From: Octopus vulgaris
Lineage: Eukaryota
Reading direction: 5' to 3'
Assembly (NCBI GenBank): GCA_951406725.2
Contig: OX597814.1
Location: 109,740,001-109,804,000 of the forward strand
DNA: 64,000 nucleotides
In this document: positions 25,001 to 39,600 of the stretch, piece after piece
How the letters are laid out: each line of letters opens with the position of its first letter
Numbering within the stretch: position 1 is the stretch's first letter
Notes under the pieces: generated by a model
Database searches by the model: none
The model's input: only the letters and a program-made list of their open reading frames with translations
What the model was told of the DNA's origin: nothing
Position numbers and translations under genes: made by a program

Positions 25001-27624
25001 AACATCAGGGCCCCCGTGCAGGTGACACGTAAAAGTACCATCCGTTCGTAGCCGTTTGCCAGCCCTGTCTGGCCCCCGTGTCGGTGGCACGTAAAAGCAC
25101 CATCCGTTCGTGTTCGTTGCCAGCCTGGCCTGGCCCCCGTGCCGGTGACACGTAAAAGCACCATCTGTTTGTGGCTGTCTGCCAGCTCTGTCTGGCCCCC
25201 GTGCCGGTGACACGTAAAAGCACCATCCGTTCGTGGCCGTTTGCCAGCCCTGTCTGGCCCCCATGTCGGTGACATGTAAAAGCACCATCCGTTCGTGTCC
25301 GTTTGCCAGCCCTGTCTGGCCCCCATGTCGGTGACATGTAAAAGCACCATCCGTTCGTGTCCGTTGCCAGCCTCGCCTGGCCCCCGTGCCGGTGACACGT
25401 AAAAGCACCATCCGTTTCGTGGCCGTTTGCCAGCTCTGTCTGGCCCCCGTGTTGGTGGCACGTAAAAGCACCATCCGTTCGTGTCCGTTGCCAGCCTCGC
25501 CTGGCCCCGTGCCGGTGACACGTAAAAGCACCATCCGTTCGTGGCCGTTTGCCAGCTCTGTCTGGCACCTGTGCAGGTGGCACGTAAAAGCACCCACTGC
25601 ACTCACGGAGTGGTTGGCGTTAGGAAGGGCATCCAGCCGTAGAAACACTGTCAGATCTGACTGGGCCTGATGAAGCCTTCCAGCTTCACAGACCCCAGTT
25701 GAACCGTCCAACCCATGCTAGCATGGAGAACGGACGCTAAATGATGATGATGATGATGATGATGATGATGGTTTATTTTATTCTCAGGTTCCCAATGTCA
25801 TCGTCATCGTCATCATCATTTAATGTCTCTTCTCCATTCTGGCACAGGTTGGATGGTTTAGCAGAAACTGGCCAGCTGGAGAGCTGCTTGGGCACCATTT
25901 TGTATGATTTGGCTGGGTTTCTCTGGATGGATGTCCTTCCTAATGCCAACCACTTTACAGAGTGTACTGGGTGCTCTTAATGTGACACCAGCTTAGGTGC
26001 TTTTACATGGCATTAACACAGGTGCTTTTGCATGGCCAGCACAGGTGTTTTTATGTGGAATTGTCACAAATGTTTTTATGTGGCACCAACATGGGCATGT
26101 TTACATGACACCAGCACGGGTACTGCTTATGTGACACCAGCACAGGCACTCTTATGCAGTGCTGGCACAGGCACTTTTACATAGTACTACCAGCATGGGT
26201 GTTTTTACCTGATGCCAGCACCCATGAGCCTGCAATACCAGGATCTCTCAGCCGAGAGAGAGGGACTTAGAGGATATACCTGTATTTATGGATGACCACG
26301 TGGAGGCGCATGGCTTAGTGGTTAGGGTGTCAGCATCATGATCGTAAGATTGTGGTTTTGATTCCTGGACCGGGCAATGCATTGTGTTCTTGAGCAAAAC
26401 ACTTCATTTCATGTTGCTCCAGTCCACTCAGCTGGCAAAAATAAGTAACACTATGATGGACTGGCGTCCCGTCTAGCTGGGGAACACATACACCATTGAA
26501 ACCGGTAAACTGGGCCCCGGTGAGCCTGGCTAGGCTTTAACAGGGCACATTTTGGAGGCGCTGTGGCCCAGTGGTTAGGGCAGCGGTCTCACAGTCAGAA
26601 GATCACGGTTTTAATTCCCAGACTGGGCATTGTGTATGTTTATTGAGCGAAAACACCTAAAAGTTCCAAGGGGCTCCGGCAGGGGTGGGTGGGTGGCGAC
26701 CCCTGTTGTACTCTTTCGCCACAACTTTCTCTCACTCTCTCTTCTTGTTTCTTGAGTAATGCTGCAATGGACTGGCGTCCCGTCCAGCTGGGGGGAACAC
26801 ATACTCCACAGAAACTGGGAAACTGGGCCCATGAGCCTGGATAGGCTTGAAAAGGGCGATGTTTATTGTTATGGACGACCACAATTTTACTTAACTTGAT
26901 GTGTCTTCTCAAACACAGCAAATTTCCAGAAGTCTCAGTCCCATGTCATTACCTCTGTGAGGCCCAAAGATCCTTTCTCACTACTTCATCCCACATGTTC
27001 CTGGTTCAACCCTTTCCGCACATTCCCTCCACAATTAATGATCAGCACTTCTTTACGCAGCTGTCCACATCCAAATGCAATGTATTTTCTTGTTTAACTC
27101 CTCTGGTTAGAACAGATATGGCTTCGTCTCAATCACGACAGCAGGCATAGTTGGACGGTTAAGAAGTTTACTTCACAACTGCATGGCTTTGAGTTCAATC
27201 TCATTGCACTGCACTTTGGACAAATGTCTGATATGAAATTAAATAAATGACGAAAGAACAGGAAATTATGAAGTTCATTGCATAAATTCTTGTTCCTTTG
27301 TCTTCTATTCAATATCTGTCTGTCTGTCTATCTACACACACACACATGCACACAAACATTTATATATGTATATATGAACAATTATATATATATGTGTGTG
27401 TATGTGTATGTGTGTATGTATATATATATAACTCATGCTAGCATGGAAAGCGGACGTTAAACGATGATGATGATGATGATATATTCATATACACTCACAC
27501 ACACACACACGTATATGCATATGTATATATGCGTATGTATGTATATGCACATACACATTTTGCATATATATATATTTATACACATATACTTATATGTATA
27601 TATATCTATTTATGTGTGTGTGTG

Positions 27625-27668
<44 letters not shown>

Positions 27669-29113
27669 CTCACACACACATATGGAGGTAAGTAAACAAC
27701 TGCACCTACTTCCTAGCCCAACAAAATATATTTTACGAAATATGTTTACTTCTCTTTATGTATGCAATAAAAATCTTTTTTTCCTCAAAGTTATTCCCAT
27801 AAGTTATTTCTGCTTGAAACACAAAACAGATGATTGTTGGCAGCCGTTCCTACGAGTGGATTACGTCAACATTTTAAACAGATTTTGGTGCCAAATATGT
27901 GTTGTGGATTTCTACTCTTGAAGGATGGAATGACTAAAAGGACTTCTGTTACATTACAAGAATCTACACATAGCTTTCTTCCTGCTAGAAACTTCTTAGA
28001 AAGGATGGAATTTGCTTCTTAACTTAGCAAAGCATTAAAATAATTTCAAAAACCTGAAACAATACCAAAACCATAATAATACTCTCTTTTACTCTTTTAC
28101 TTGTTTCAGTCATTTGACTGTGGTCATGTTGGAGCACCTTTAGTCAAATAAAATCGATCCCAGCACTTATTCTTTGTAAGCCTAGTACTTATTTTATCAG
28201 TCTCTTTTTGCTGAACTGCTAGTTGACGGGGACATAGATACTCCAGCATCGGTTGTCAAGCAATGGTGGGGGGTGGGGTGGGACAAACACAGACACAAAC
28301 ACATACATACATGTATATACGTATAGATATATATACGATGGGCTTCTTTCAGTTTCTGCCTACCAAATCCACTAACAAGGCTTTGGTCGGCCCAAGACTA
28401 TAGCAGAAGACACTTGCCCAAGGTGCCATGCAGTAGGACTGAACCCAGAGCCATGTGGTTGGTAAGCAAGCTTCTTACCACACAGCCATTCCTGATAATA
28501 ATGATGATGATAATAATAATAATAGTAATAATAATTATGATGATGATGATAATAATAATAGTAATAATAATTATGATGATGATAATAATAATAATAATGA
28601 TGATGATAATAATAATAGTAATAATAATAATAATAATATACGAAATTTGATGTAACACTTCTTGAAGGTAAATACACAATAAGACGAGCATAATGCGATA
28701 TATTATAAAATATAGATTGACTGTGTTTATTGAACTGAAATGAAAAACGTAGAAAAATGCAGAAATACAAAATCAAAATGAGAGTAAACAAAGTTTACTT
28801 TAGAAACATTGAGATGTATGGAAAGATACAGAAATAATTTCATTCTTAAACGCATGATAATACTAATAAAATTGCATGAACAGGATGAGCTATCCATATA
28901 TTGTATGGCTGGCCAGTCACGGATTTTTCTGCAATATACAGGTGCAGGAGTGGCTGTGTGGTAAGTAGCTTGCTTACCAACCACATGGTTCTGGGTTCAG
29001 TCCCACTGTATGGCACCTTGGGCAAGTGTCTTCTACTATAGCCTTGGGCCGACCAAAGCCTTGTGAGTGGATTTGGTAGACGGAAACTGAAAGAAGCCCG
29101 TCGTGTTTGTGTG

Positions 29114-29144
<31 letters not shown>

Positions 29145-29617
29145 ATGTATATGTTTGTGTGTCTGTGTTTGTCCCCGCAACTGATGTTGGAGTGTTTATG
29201 TCCCTGTCAAATAGCGGTTCGGCAAGAGAGACCGATAGAATAAGTACTAGGCTTACAAAGAATAAGTCCTGTGGTCGATTTGCTTGACTAAAGGTAGTGC
29301 TCTTTACAAATCCCTTATTTTCACTGATCCCAACAGAATTTGAACTCAGAACACAGACAGATGAAATGCCACTAAGCATATCGTCTAACATGCTAATGAT
29401 TCTCTACCAGCTCACCATCTTAATAATAATAATAATAATAATAATCCTTTCTACTGTAGGCACAAGGCCTGAAATTTGAGAGGAGGGATTAAGTCAATTA
29501 TATCGACCCCACAGTGGAATTTGAACTCAGAACGTAACGGCAGACGAAATACTGCTAAGCATTTCGCCAGACGTGCTAACAATTCTGCCAGCTCGCTGCG
29601 TTAACAATAACAACAAC

Positions 29618-29666
<49 letters not shown>

Positions 29667-30496
29667 GTAATAATGATGACAGTTTCAAATTCACAAGGCC
29701 AGCAATTTTGGGGGAGTGGGTAAAAACTTGTAGTTATTTTATTGACTCCGAAAGAATGAAAGGCTAAGTTGACCTTGGCAGGGTTTGAACTCAGAATATA
29801 AAAACAGATGAAATATCATCAAGCATTTCGTCCAGTCTGCTAACGATTCTGCCAGCTGGCTGCCATTCAGATTTTACTACAATGCAATTTTTGGTGAGTG
29901 TGGTTAGTTGATGGCATTGCCTCACAGTACTAGGCTGGTACTTACTTTATTGACTCCCCACCAACCAAAAGGATGAAAGACAAAGTTGACTTCGGCAGGA
30001 ATTGAACTCAGAATGTAAAGAGTTGGAAGAAATGCCATCAAGCAATTTATTTGACAGCTCACCACCTTAATAATAATGTCAACAATAATTGTTTTTGTCC
30101 AACCTCTGCCAGCATGGAAAGTGAACATTAAATGATTTAAGCACAAGGCCAGCAATTTTGATAGAACAGCATTAGTTTTGTTGTAGTTGATGGCAAAGAA
30201 AAGGTGGGTGCATTTGGTTGCTTATGACTGAGAACATCCAGGGACACCTACAGGATTGATGCAAGAAGCAGTTCTCTTTCTGAAGAGAGATATCAAAATT
30301 GTTAGAGGTGTCAGTGAAATACATATAAACTATAGGAGTAGGAGTGGCTGTGTGGTAAGTACCTTGCTTAACAACCACATGGTTACGGTTTCATTCCCAC
30401 TGTGTGGCACCTTGGGCAAGTGTCTTTAACTATAGCCTCAGGCCAACCAAAGCCTTGTGAGTGGATTTGGTACACAGAAACTGAAAGAAGCCTGTC

Positions 30497-30544
<48 letters not shown>

Positions 30545-33500
30545 GTGTGTGTGTGTGTGTGTATGTTTGTGTATATGTTTGTGTGTCTGTTCGTCCCCCC
30601 CAACATCGCTTGACAATTGATGCTGGTGTGTTTACTTCCCTGAAAATTAGCAGTTTGGCAAAAGAGACCGATAGAATAAGTACTAGGCTTATAAAGAATA
30701 AGTCCTGGGGTCGATTTGCTCGACTAAAGGCAGTGCTCCACCATGGCTGCAGTCAAATGACTGAAACAAGTAAAAGAGTATTTTTCAATATTGAATATAA
30801 ATTATTTTCTAGAGAACAAAGTATCCAGGAGATCAGAACATTGCTGGAATTGAAGGATAATCTGAAAATATCAGTATAAAAAATATGGAAACATAAAAGA
30901 AACACAAACCATCTTTATCAAAAAACTTTTCTGATGCCTTTAAATCGGGATCCAAGGTGATTGATCTATCAGAATTGATATCGATGTTGTAAAACAAAAT
31001 CAGTGCATCTTTAACTGAACCATATTTGTCCTTGTTAAATTTGGTCAGGAATTCTTCAGTACTAATTGCCTGGTCTTCTGTGAAAGGAGAACACAATAAC
31101 GAAGAATTTAATGACTGAATAATGGAAAAAATAAACAAAGACTAAAGAATAATTGGAAATCCTTGTTGTAAATCAAAACCAATTAGTCGGAGGAGAGGTA
31201 AAATTGAGATAATCAATAATTACAATTGTTATTGTTAATAAAGCAGATGGTGTTAATTGAAAGGAGTGGCTGATTGGAAGGTTAATAAACATAAAACTGT
31301 GATCAATTTATCTTATTTTTAGTCTATCATTTTTGTAATTATTAAATGAAAAGAAGGAGGAAATCGTTAATACAGTTGACGGGTAGGGGTTGGGGTTTGG
31401 TAAAACTTTCCCTCTTCTTGATAAAACATGCCCCCCCTTCAACAAGACATCACTGTACTAGACTTTGCCGTTTCTTATGTTTTGATACACTCCTAAGCAA
31501 TTCATCATCGTCATCGTCATTATCATCATTTAGTGTCTGCTTTCCATGCTGGCATGGGTTGGATGGTTTGACTGAAAACTGGTAAGCTGGAGAGCTGCAC
31601 CAGGTTCCAATCTGACTTGGCAAGGTTTCTATGGCTGGGTGCCCTTCCTAATGCCAACCACTCCGAGAATATTTTGGACAGTTTATGATTGGGGATCTTC
31701 TTGTATTTAGGGAACTGCATCATTAATGTCTTTTATCTTTTACTTGTTTCCGTCATTCAGACTGTGGCCATGCTGGGGCACCACCTTGAAGAAATTTAGT
31801 CTAATGAATTGACCCCAGTACTTACATTTTTTAAGCATTGTACTTATTCTACCAGTCTCTTTTGCCAGACTGCTAAGTTACGGAGGTGTAAATACACCAA
31901 CTCTGTTTGTGAAGCAGTGATGGGGGACAAACACAGACAGACAGACAGACACACACACACAGATGATGTGCCTCTTTCAGTTTCCATCTACAAAATCCAC
32001 TCACAAGGCTTTGGTTGGCCTGAGTTATAACAAGATATTCACCCAAGGTGTCATGCAGTAGGACTGAACTCAGAACCATGTGGTTGGGAAGCAAGCTTCT
32101 TACCACACAGCCCTGCCTGCTCCTTTGTATATGTTCACATATTTTGTATGCTATGTATATGTGTATCTTAATTAACTCGCCTTTTCTCCTTTCCTTCTCC
32201 TCATCCTTTTACGTAAACCCCCAACACATTGTAAGCTGTCCTTATAATGTACCTGATGGCCCTGTTACAAATAAACCATCATCATCATCATCATCATTAT
32301 CGTCATTATTATTATTATAAAGCTTGTTACATTCTACTTTGCTTGGCAGCGATGTTATCTTCAAGTTTGGTGACAGCAAGTTTCTTTGAATCTCAAGAAT
32401 TTTTCTTAAGATTCTTGCAGAATGCAAGATGGCACTTACTTTGCAGGTCACCAATGCAAGTGTCAATTCCAATCTATTTCAGTCTCTTAGGTAGCAGTTG
32501 AGTGTTGTGCTAATTGCATCAATTAACACTGGAATAATTGACTTCCAAAATCTCCTCATCTCTTGATAGTTCGCAATTTTCTAAATTCATTTGGCATCCA
32601 TCCTATTATTTTATGGTATTGTAAAGTCTATGATCATATAGTATTTAGATTATTATTATTATTATTATTGGCCAGAAGGGGCAGGCAATTTTTATTTGTC
32701 TCTTGGCTGTAGCGAAAGAGGTAGTATGGTGGACCCATTTGAAAGGGCTAAAGACAGACACTTTCCTCTTTGGCCAAGTCCTCATCAATCTTTTTCATGG
32801 GTTACTAAAAAATAATGTGCTAGTTAAGTACTAGGGGTCAATGTAATTGATTTATCCCTCCCACTAAAATTGCTGGTTCTGCCAATATTTGAAAAAAAAT
32901 TATTAATTTAAAGGCAACACATTAAAAGCTTTCTTTTTTTACAAAGAGACATTTTCTAATCTAGCTTTGTAAAACTCTAAAATCCACATGAAGATTGTTT
33001 GACTTGCTAGAAATATCAGCCAGACACTAGCGTAGTTAGAGTGTGTGTCATCTGGGGCAGCCCTTCTGTTTGCTGTCCCCAGACCCCACAAAAGACAACA
33101 TAAAACCGGATGAAAAGTGCCACCCGGGGTGGACTGCCCCTAGTGTTTTCCCGCTGCCGCTATGCAAGGTGATGTGCTGGCAGAAACGTTAGCACGCCAG
33201 GCGAAATGTGTAGCCGCATTTTGTCTGCCACTACATTGTGAGCTCAAATTCTGCTGAGGTCGACTTTGCCTTTCAGCCTTTAGGGGTCGATTAAATAAGT
33301 ACCAGTTACACACTGGGGTGGATATAATCGACTTAATCCCGTTGTCTGTCTTTGTTTGTCCCCTCTGTGTTTAGCCCCTTGTGGGTATTAAAGAAATAGC
33401 TATGCAAGTGCAGCCAGACTTTCCACTATAAAAGGAAGGACAAGTATGAAAAAATAAAAAAATAAATGTATGCTATGTTCATCCCCGGGATGCTTTTGAC

Positions 33501-33848
33501 ATTAGTCTCTTCTAGATTAGGAATGGCTAAGCAACAACAACAACAACACCAGCAACAACTTTGTAAAAGTGTAAAATGAAGAACTTACTGTCTGAATCAA
33601 AAGACATGAAGGCCGATTCCAGTTCTGTGTAGGTGAGTTGTTGGTCTGTGTTGTTGTCAGCTAATATGAATAACTTTCTGGCTTCATCCTTGTTTTTCCA
33701 TCTATCACTTGGATGACATCTGAGAAACAGTGGAGAAATATAATTGGGCATAAATCAATACATATATATATATAGGGTTAGCCAAAATCATCCGACTGTA
33801 AATACTATCTGTAATTCTGTATTGACTCAAATGGAAAAATGTGTCACT

Positions 33849-33900
<52 letters not shown>

Positions 33901-34467
33901 CACATATACATGCATACATATATACATACATACATACAATATGTGGTGAATTTATGGAACAAAGTCCCATAAAACTCATCAGTTTAGTTCAAAATGGAGG
34001 AAACAAGTTATTAAAATATGTAAGAAGTTTAATTCTTGCAGATGATCGTTTCATACAGAGATATAATAATAATGTAAATTCATGATTGAATTAGATTAAA
34101 TTAATTACATATCAACGTAATCTTCAATGCAGAAAGTAAAAACCATAATACAAAAATAATTGAGAAGGAATATTAGCAGAAAAATTGAACCTAGGAGATT
34201 CCTATTTTTATCCGTGAGAAAGAGATGTAAGTCATGTTGGATATATAACCATAACAACTCGTTTCTTCCATTTTTAACTAAATTGAAGAGTTTTGTGAAA
34301 CTTCATTCCATAAATTCACCAAACATTATATACAAGTAATACTTTTATATCTTTGCAAATTTACGCCTGTAAGCTACCAGCAAGTCTGAAGAATCAACAT
34401 TTGACATATTTTCTGGAAACCTCCAAATTAAAGCATGAATCCACATTCAACCTTTATACACCTATAT

Positions 34468-34515
<48 letters not shown>

Positions 34516-35535
34516 TTGAAACACTCCTGACACAACCTGGGACCATGAAGACTGCTTAAATGCAAGAAAGTATACTAGTCCCTTAATATTTGATACTCAA
34601 TATTTCATCTTGGGAATTCCTTGTCTGATTTACACGAAACTTCTGTTATTCCCTGTCTATTCACATTTCAATGGTACCTTATTTTCAAAGCACTTTTCCC
34701 ATTATACGCTGGTTTGGCTATTTACAAAGGTACCCGAAAAAACCACATATCTCCGTAACCTGTGGTCTGATTTACACAAAACTTTGTTCCATTTGTATTC
34801 ACCTGAGCATCCAATTGATGATGCCTCCTACCTTTGTCTCTTTCCCTCTGTTTCGCCAGACGCTCAGCTCTCAGAGATTCCTGATCTCTCCTGCTTTTGT
34901 CTCTTTCCTTCTGCTCTGGCAGATGCTTGGCCCTTGCTTTATCAATCTCATTGATCCTTCTATTTGCATTTCTGTCCTGATACTGGGTAAATATTTTGTA
35001 AAGGACCTGTTTGTACAGGTTTATTTCAAGTGTATTTCAAGATTTTTCCATGGATTTTTTTTCAAACGCATTCAACATATCTCACCTCCAAACTATCACA
35101 AGCCACTTTCTTCCAGAAAAGAAAGGGGGAAGGGCTGTGGGGACCTCAGAGTTTCCCGGGAAACTCTGAGTTTTCCACCAACGGAATTTTGTTTTGTGAA
35201 TTTTTTCTTTCTTTTCCAGGTTATTTCACATGCTTTCAATGAATGTGACATTGAAATTACACATAAACAGCTCCTTTCTGTCAAAAGGGCGGAGGATCTC
35301 ATGAATAGTCAACATACACACATACAAATATATTTACATAGAGCATAAAAAATGCAGAATATTATGAAGAGAATATATATAATTTCTTAACTTGACAGCT
35401 GTTTCAGGAAGCTCAGATTTACACAATAATCATAATGTTCATCATTTGCAAATGGAATGTGCAAAAAGTCTTAGGTATGCAACCAGTAAATAATCACACA
35501 CATATTACTGTTAGTCTGACTCACTTCATCAAGAT

Positions 35536-35567
<32 letters not shown>

Positions 35568-36578
35568 TCACACACATATATACACACCCACCCACTTGTC
35601 TACATATTTATTTCAGTAGCATGCTCATTAAAAAGTGATATAACGAATTTATTATTCAATAAGCCAATGAATATGTATGTAAGATGTCTTGCAGATCAAA
35701 TGTATCAATCATTCATCGTATTCGTTTGGGAACAGAGAAATAACGAAGGAAAGAAAATAAAACAAAAATATGTAGATAAATAATAAATAAACGAAATATA
35801 TAACAATAATTGCCGGATCTTTTCCTACACCTTGTTCTTGATATATAACTCTGTATTTAATCGATTGTGGTTTGGTTCTTGTAACAGTCAGAATATACAT
35901 GGAATTTACACTGTATAAGGTGAGGTATTTATGAATAAAGATGGCATGGGAGAGAGAGAGAGAGGAGGGAGTAGTAATAGAGAGAGAGAGAGAGAGAGAG
36001 CGAGAGACGGAGTAGAGTGGGAGAGAGAGAGGGGAAGTAGGTAGAGAGAGGGAGTAAGATAGTGAAAGTAAAGGAGAAAGATGGAAAGAGAGAGAGAGTG
36101 GAAAGATGCTGGTTGTTAGAGAGAGTGGTAGAGATAGAGATATGGAGAAGAAGGTTAAGTTGAGAGATAGAGAGAGAGAGAGAGAGGGAGAGAGATAAAG
36201 ATAAATAAGTAGAGGTAGAGAGATAGAAAGAGAAAAAGAGAGATAAAGATAAATAAGTAGAGGTAGAGAGATAGGCAGAAAGAGAAAAGGAGAGAAAGAG
36301 AGAGAAAGAGAGAAGTAGAGAGAGTAAGGCATCCAAATAATCAGTCCGTTCGATTTGTTAAAGCTGAATTGATTTAAATATATCGTTCGAATGACGTTTA
36401 AAACAAATAAACGATGTTGGGATCGTATTTTTGTTGTTTCTTGTTATTTTCTTGTTCTTTTTTTGTTTTAGTTTGGTTTCTTTGTTGCTTCTCCAGTTTG
36501 TCTTGTTCCCCTCCATTTTTTTTGTCAAAGCTGTTTCTGGAGAGAACTACTACTACTACTACTACCAACACCACCACC

Positions 36579-36610
<32 letters not shown>

Positions 36611-36634
36611 CATCACTACTACTACTACTATCAT

Positions 36635-36679
<45 letters not shown>

Positions 36680-39600
36680 AACCACCACCACTACCATCAC
36701 TTCTACTACTACCACCGCTACCATCACTACTACTACTACCACCACCACCACTACTACCATCACTACTACTACTACTACCACTACTACCACTACTACTACT
36801 ACCACCACCACCACCACTACTACCATCACTACTACTACTACTACCACTACTACCATCACTACTACTACCACCACCACTGCTACCATCACTACTACTACTA
36901 CTACTACCACCACCATAACTACTACCATTACTACTACTACTACTACCGCCACCACCACTACTACTACCACCACCACCACCACTACTACCACAACCGTCAC
37001 GACCACTGCTACTACTGTCACCTCTACCACCATCACCTTTACTAACACCACCACCACGACCACCACCGTCACCATCACTGCTACAACTATCACCTCTACC
37101 ACCACCACCACCACCACTACCACCACTACAGACGAATGAGATTATCTGAGTAAAATATCGATCGACGATTTGCAATTGGAAAATTGAAACAATGTACGAC
37201 ATTGAGTTGACACGAAAATGTTTCATAATTTATTATAAATTGTGTTACATAAATTGTTTTTATTCTTTGGTGCTTTGTGCTCGTTCCTGGCAAATTATAT
37301 ATTTTTTGATTATCATTTTATATGTTTATTTATTGTTTTTTGTTGTTTTTCTTTCCTTGTTAACGACTTAGAAGACGGAGGCTTGAATTTACATAATAAC
37401 AGCAATGACGGCTCGGCTCGTCATTGGCAACAAGGGAATGTTGTGTCAAGAAAGACAGCATCTAAATTCTGACTGGTTTACAATTGGAAGAATTTGGATG
37501 TTGTTGTTGATGGGAGGAGGGGGCAAAGGAATTGTGAGAAGGGGGGGAGACGGAGAAGGGATGTGGGAGAGAGAGGGAGAGGGATGACAGAGAGAGAGAG
37601 AGAGACAGACAGACAGATAAAAGGAAAGAAGAGAAAGAGACGCAGGAAAGAAAGAGAAACATGCACTGGAGAGTGAAAGTGAGAGACACATACACAGGAG
37701 AGGAAGAGAGAGAGAGAGATGGAAAGAGAGAAAGAGAAAGATGTTTTTGGCAAAACAAACCATTCATCTTATGACCATTATTATAAAACCCTGCCACGGT
37801 CACCTTTGCCTTTCATCCTTCCAGGGTTGGTAAAATAAAGTACTGGTCAAGTACTCAATTGATGTAATTGACTAACTCCCTGCCACTAAAATTGCTGACC
37901 TTAAGCCTATATTATTATTATTATTATTAATAAGGGGTGAGCTGGCAGAATTGTTAGCATGCTGGGCGAAATGCTTAGTGGTATGTTGCCTACCATTACG
38001 TTCTGAGTTCAAATTCCACTAAGGTAACCTTTGCTTTTCATAAATTAAGTACCAGTTGAACACCGGGGTCGATGTAATCGACACATCCCCTCCCCCAAAA
38101 TGGCTGCCCTTATGGCAAAATTTGAAAACATTATTATTATTGTTATTATTGATAAGGCAGTGAGCTGGCAGAAACGTTAGCACACTGGGCGAAATGCTTA
38201 GTGATATTTCATCTGTCTTCACGTTCTAAGTTCAAATTATACCAGGGTCGACTTACCGTTCATTCTTTCAGGGTCAATAAAAAATACCGGTTCAGTGCTG
38301 GGGTCGATGTAATCAACAATCCCCTGCCCCCAAATTTCAGACCTTGTGCCTATAGTAGAAAGGATTATTATTATTATTAATAAGGCATCAAGCTGGCAAA
38401 ATTAGCATGCTGGGGCCAAAATGCTTGTCAGCGCTTTGTCCTTATGAGCAGGGTTCAAATTCTACCGAGGTTGGCTTTGCCTTTCATCATTTAGGGGTCA
38501 ATAAAATATGAACCAGCTGAGCATTGTGATTGATGTAATCAACTTACCCTCCACCAAAATTGCTGGCCTTGTGGCAAAATTTGAAACCATCATTCATCAT
38601 CATTATCATAATTTAACATCTGTTGTCCATGCTGGCATGGGTTGGACAGTTTGACCAGGGCTGGCACGCTAGAAGGCTGCACCAGGATCCGGTCTGATTT
38701 GGCATGGTAACTACAGCTGGATGTCCTTCCTAACGCCAACCACTCTGAGAGTATAATGGGTGCTTTTACATGCCACCAGCACAGGTGCCATTTCCATGAC
38801 ATTGGTATCTGCCATGACTGCGATTTTGCTCAGGTTGATGGGTCTTTTTCTTGAACACAACATAATGCCAAAGGTTTTGGTCTTTGCCTCCATGAGGCCC
38901 AACACTTGAAAGGAGCTTGGCCACTTTGCCTCTATGAGGCCCAATGCTCAAAAGGAACTCAGCCACCTTGCCGCTGTGAGGCCACTTGAAATTATTTTTG
39001 TTAATTTGTGAGAATTGGTGCAGTCTGCCTGAAGGGTAAAGAAATTGTCTTTACAACCATTTTGGTTTCATGTTCTGTCCTACTGCACAACACCTTGGCC
39101 AAGGGTCTTCTATTATAGTCTTAGGCCAACCGAGAGTTTCTGAGTGAATTTGGTAGATTGAAACTGTAAGGAAGCTCCTTATATATGAATGTATAGGTGC
39201 AGGCATGGTTCTGTGGTTAGAAGTTTGCTTCCCAACTTCCAGTTTCTGGGTTCAGTCCCACTGCAGGGCACCTTGGGCAAGTGTCTTTACTATAGCTTCA
39301 GGCCAACCAAAGCCTTGTGAGTGGATTGGATAGATGGAAACTGAAAGAAGCCCATTGTACATATATATATATATATGTGTTTGAGTCTGTGATTGTCCCC
39401 TCCCTCACTGGTTGACAACTGGTACTGGTGTTTACATCTCTGAAACTTAGTGGTTCGGCAAAAGCGACTGATAGAATAAGTACTAGACTTATGAAATAAG
39501 TCCTGGAATCAATCTGTTCAAGTGAAACCCTTTAATGCAGGATGCCCCAGCATGGCCACTGTCCAATGACTGAAAGAAGTAAACAAATAGAAGAATATTT

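Noticed and set aside
25008-25592. Regular repeat array resembling a CRISPR array
   Set aside because: The units are wholly repeated with no unique spacers, there are no cas genes, and the array lies in a eukaryotic LINE 3' UTR.
34560-35350. 225-aa and 114-aa ORFs
   Set aside because: No recognisable domain or splice structure; probably antisense to a decayed transposon.
36398-37226. Long poly-Thr/Val/Tyr-His/Gly-Ser ORFs resembling mucins
   Set aside because: Several frames are open only because the trinucleotide repeat lacks stops. The region lies in an intron of the EF-hand gene.
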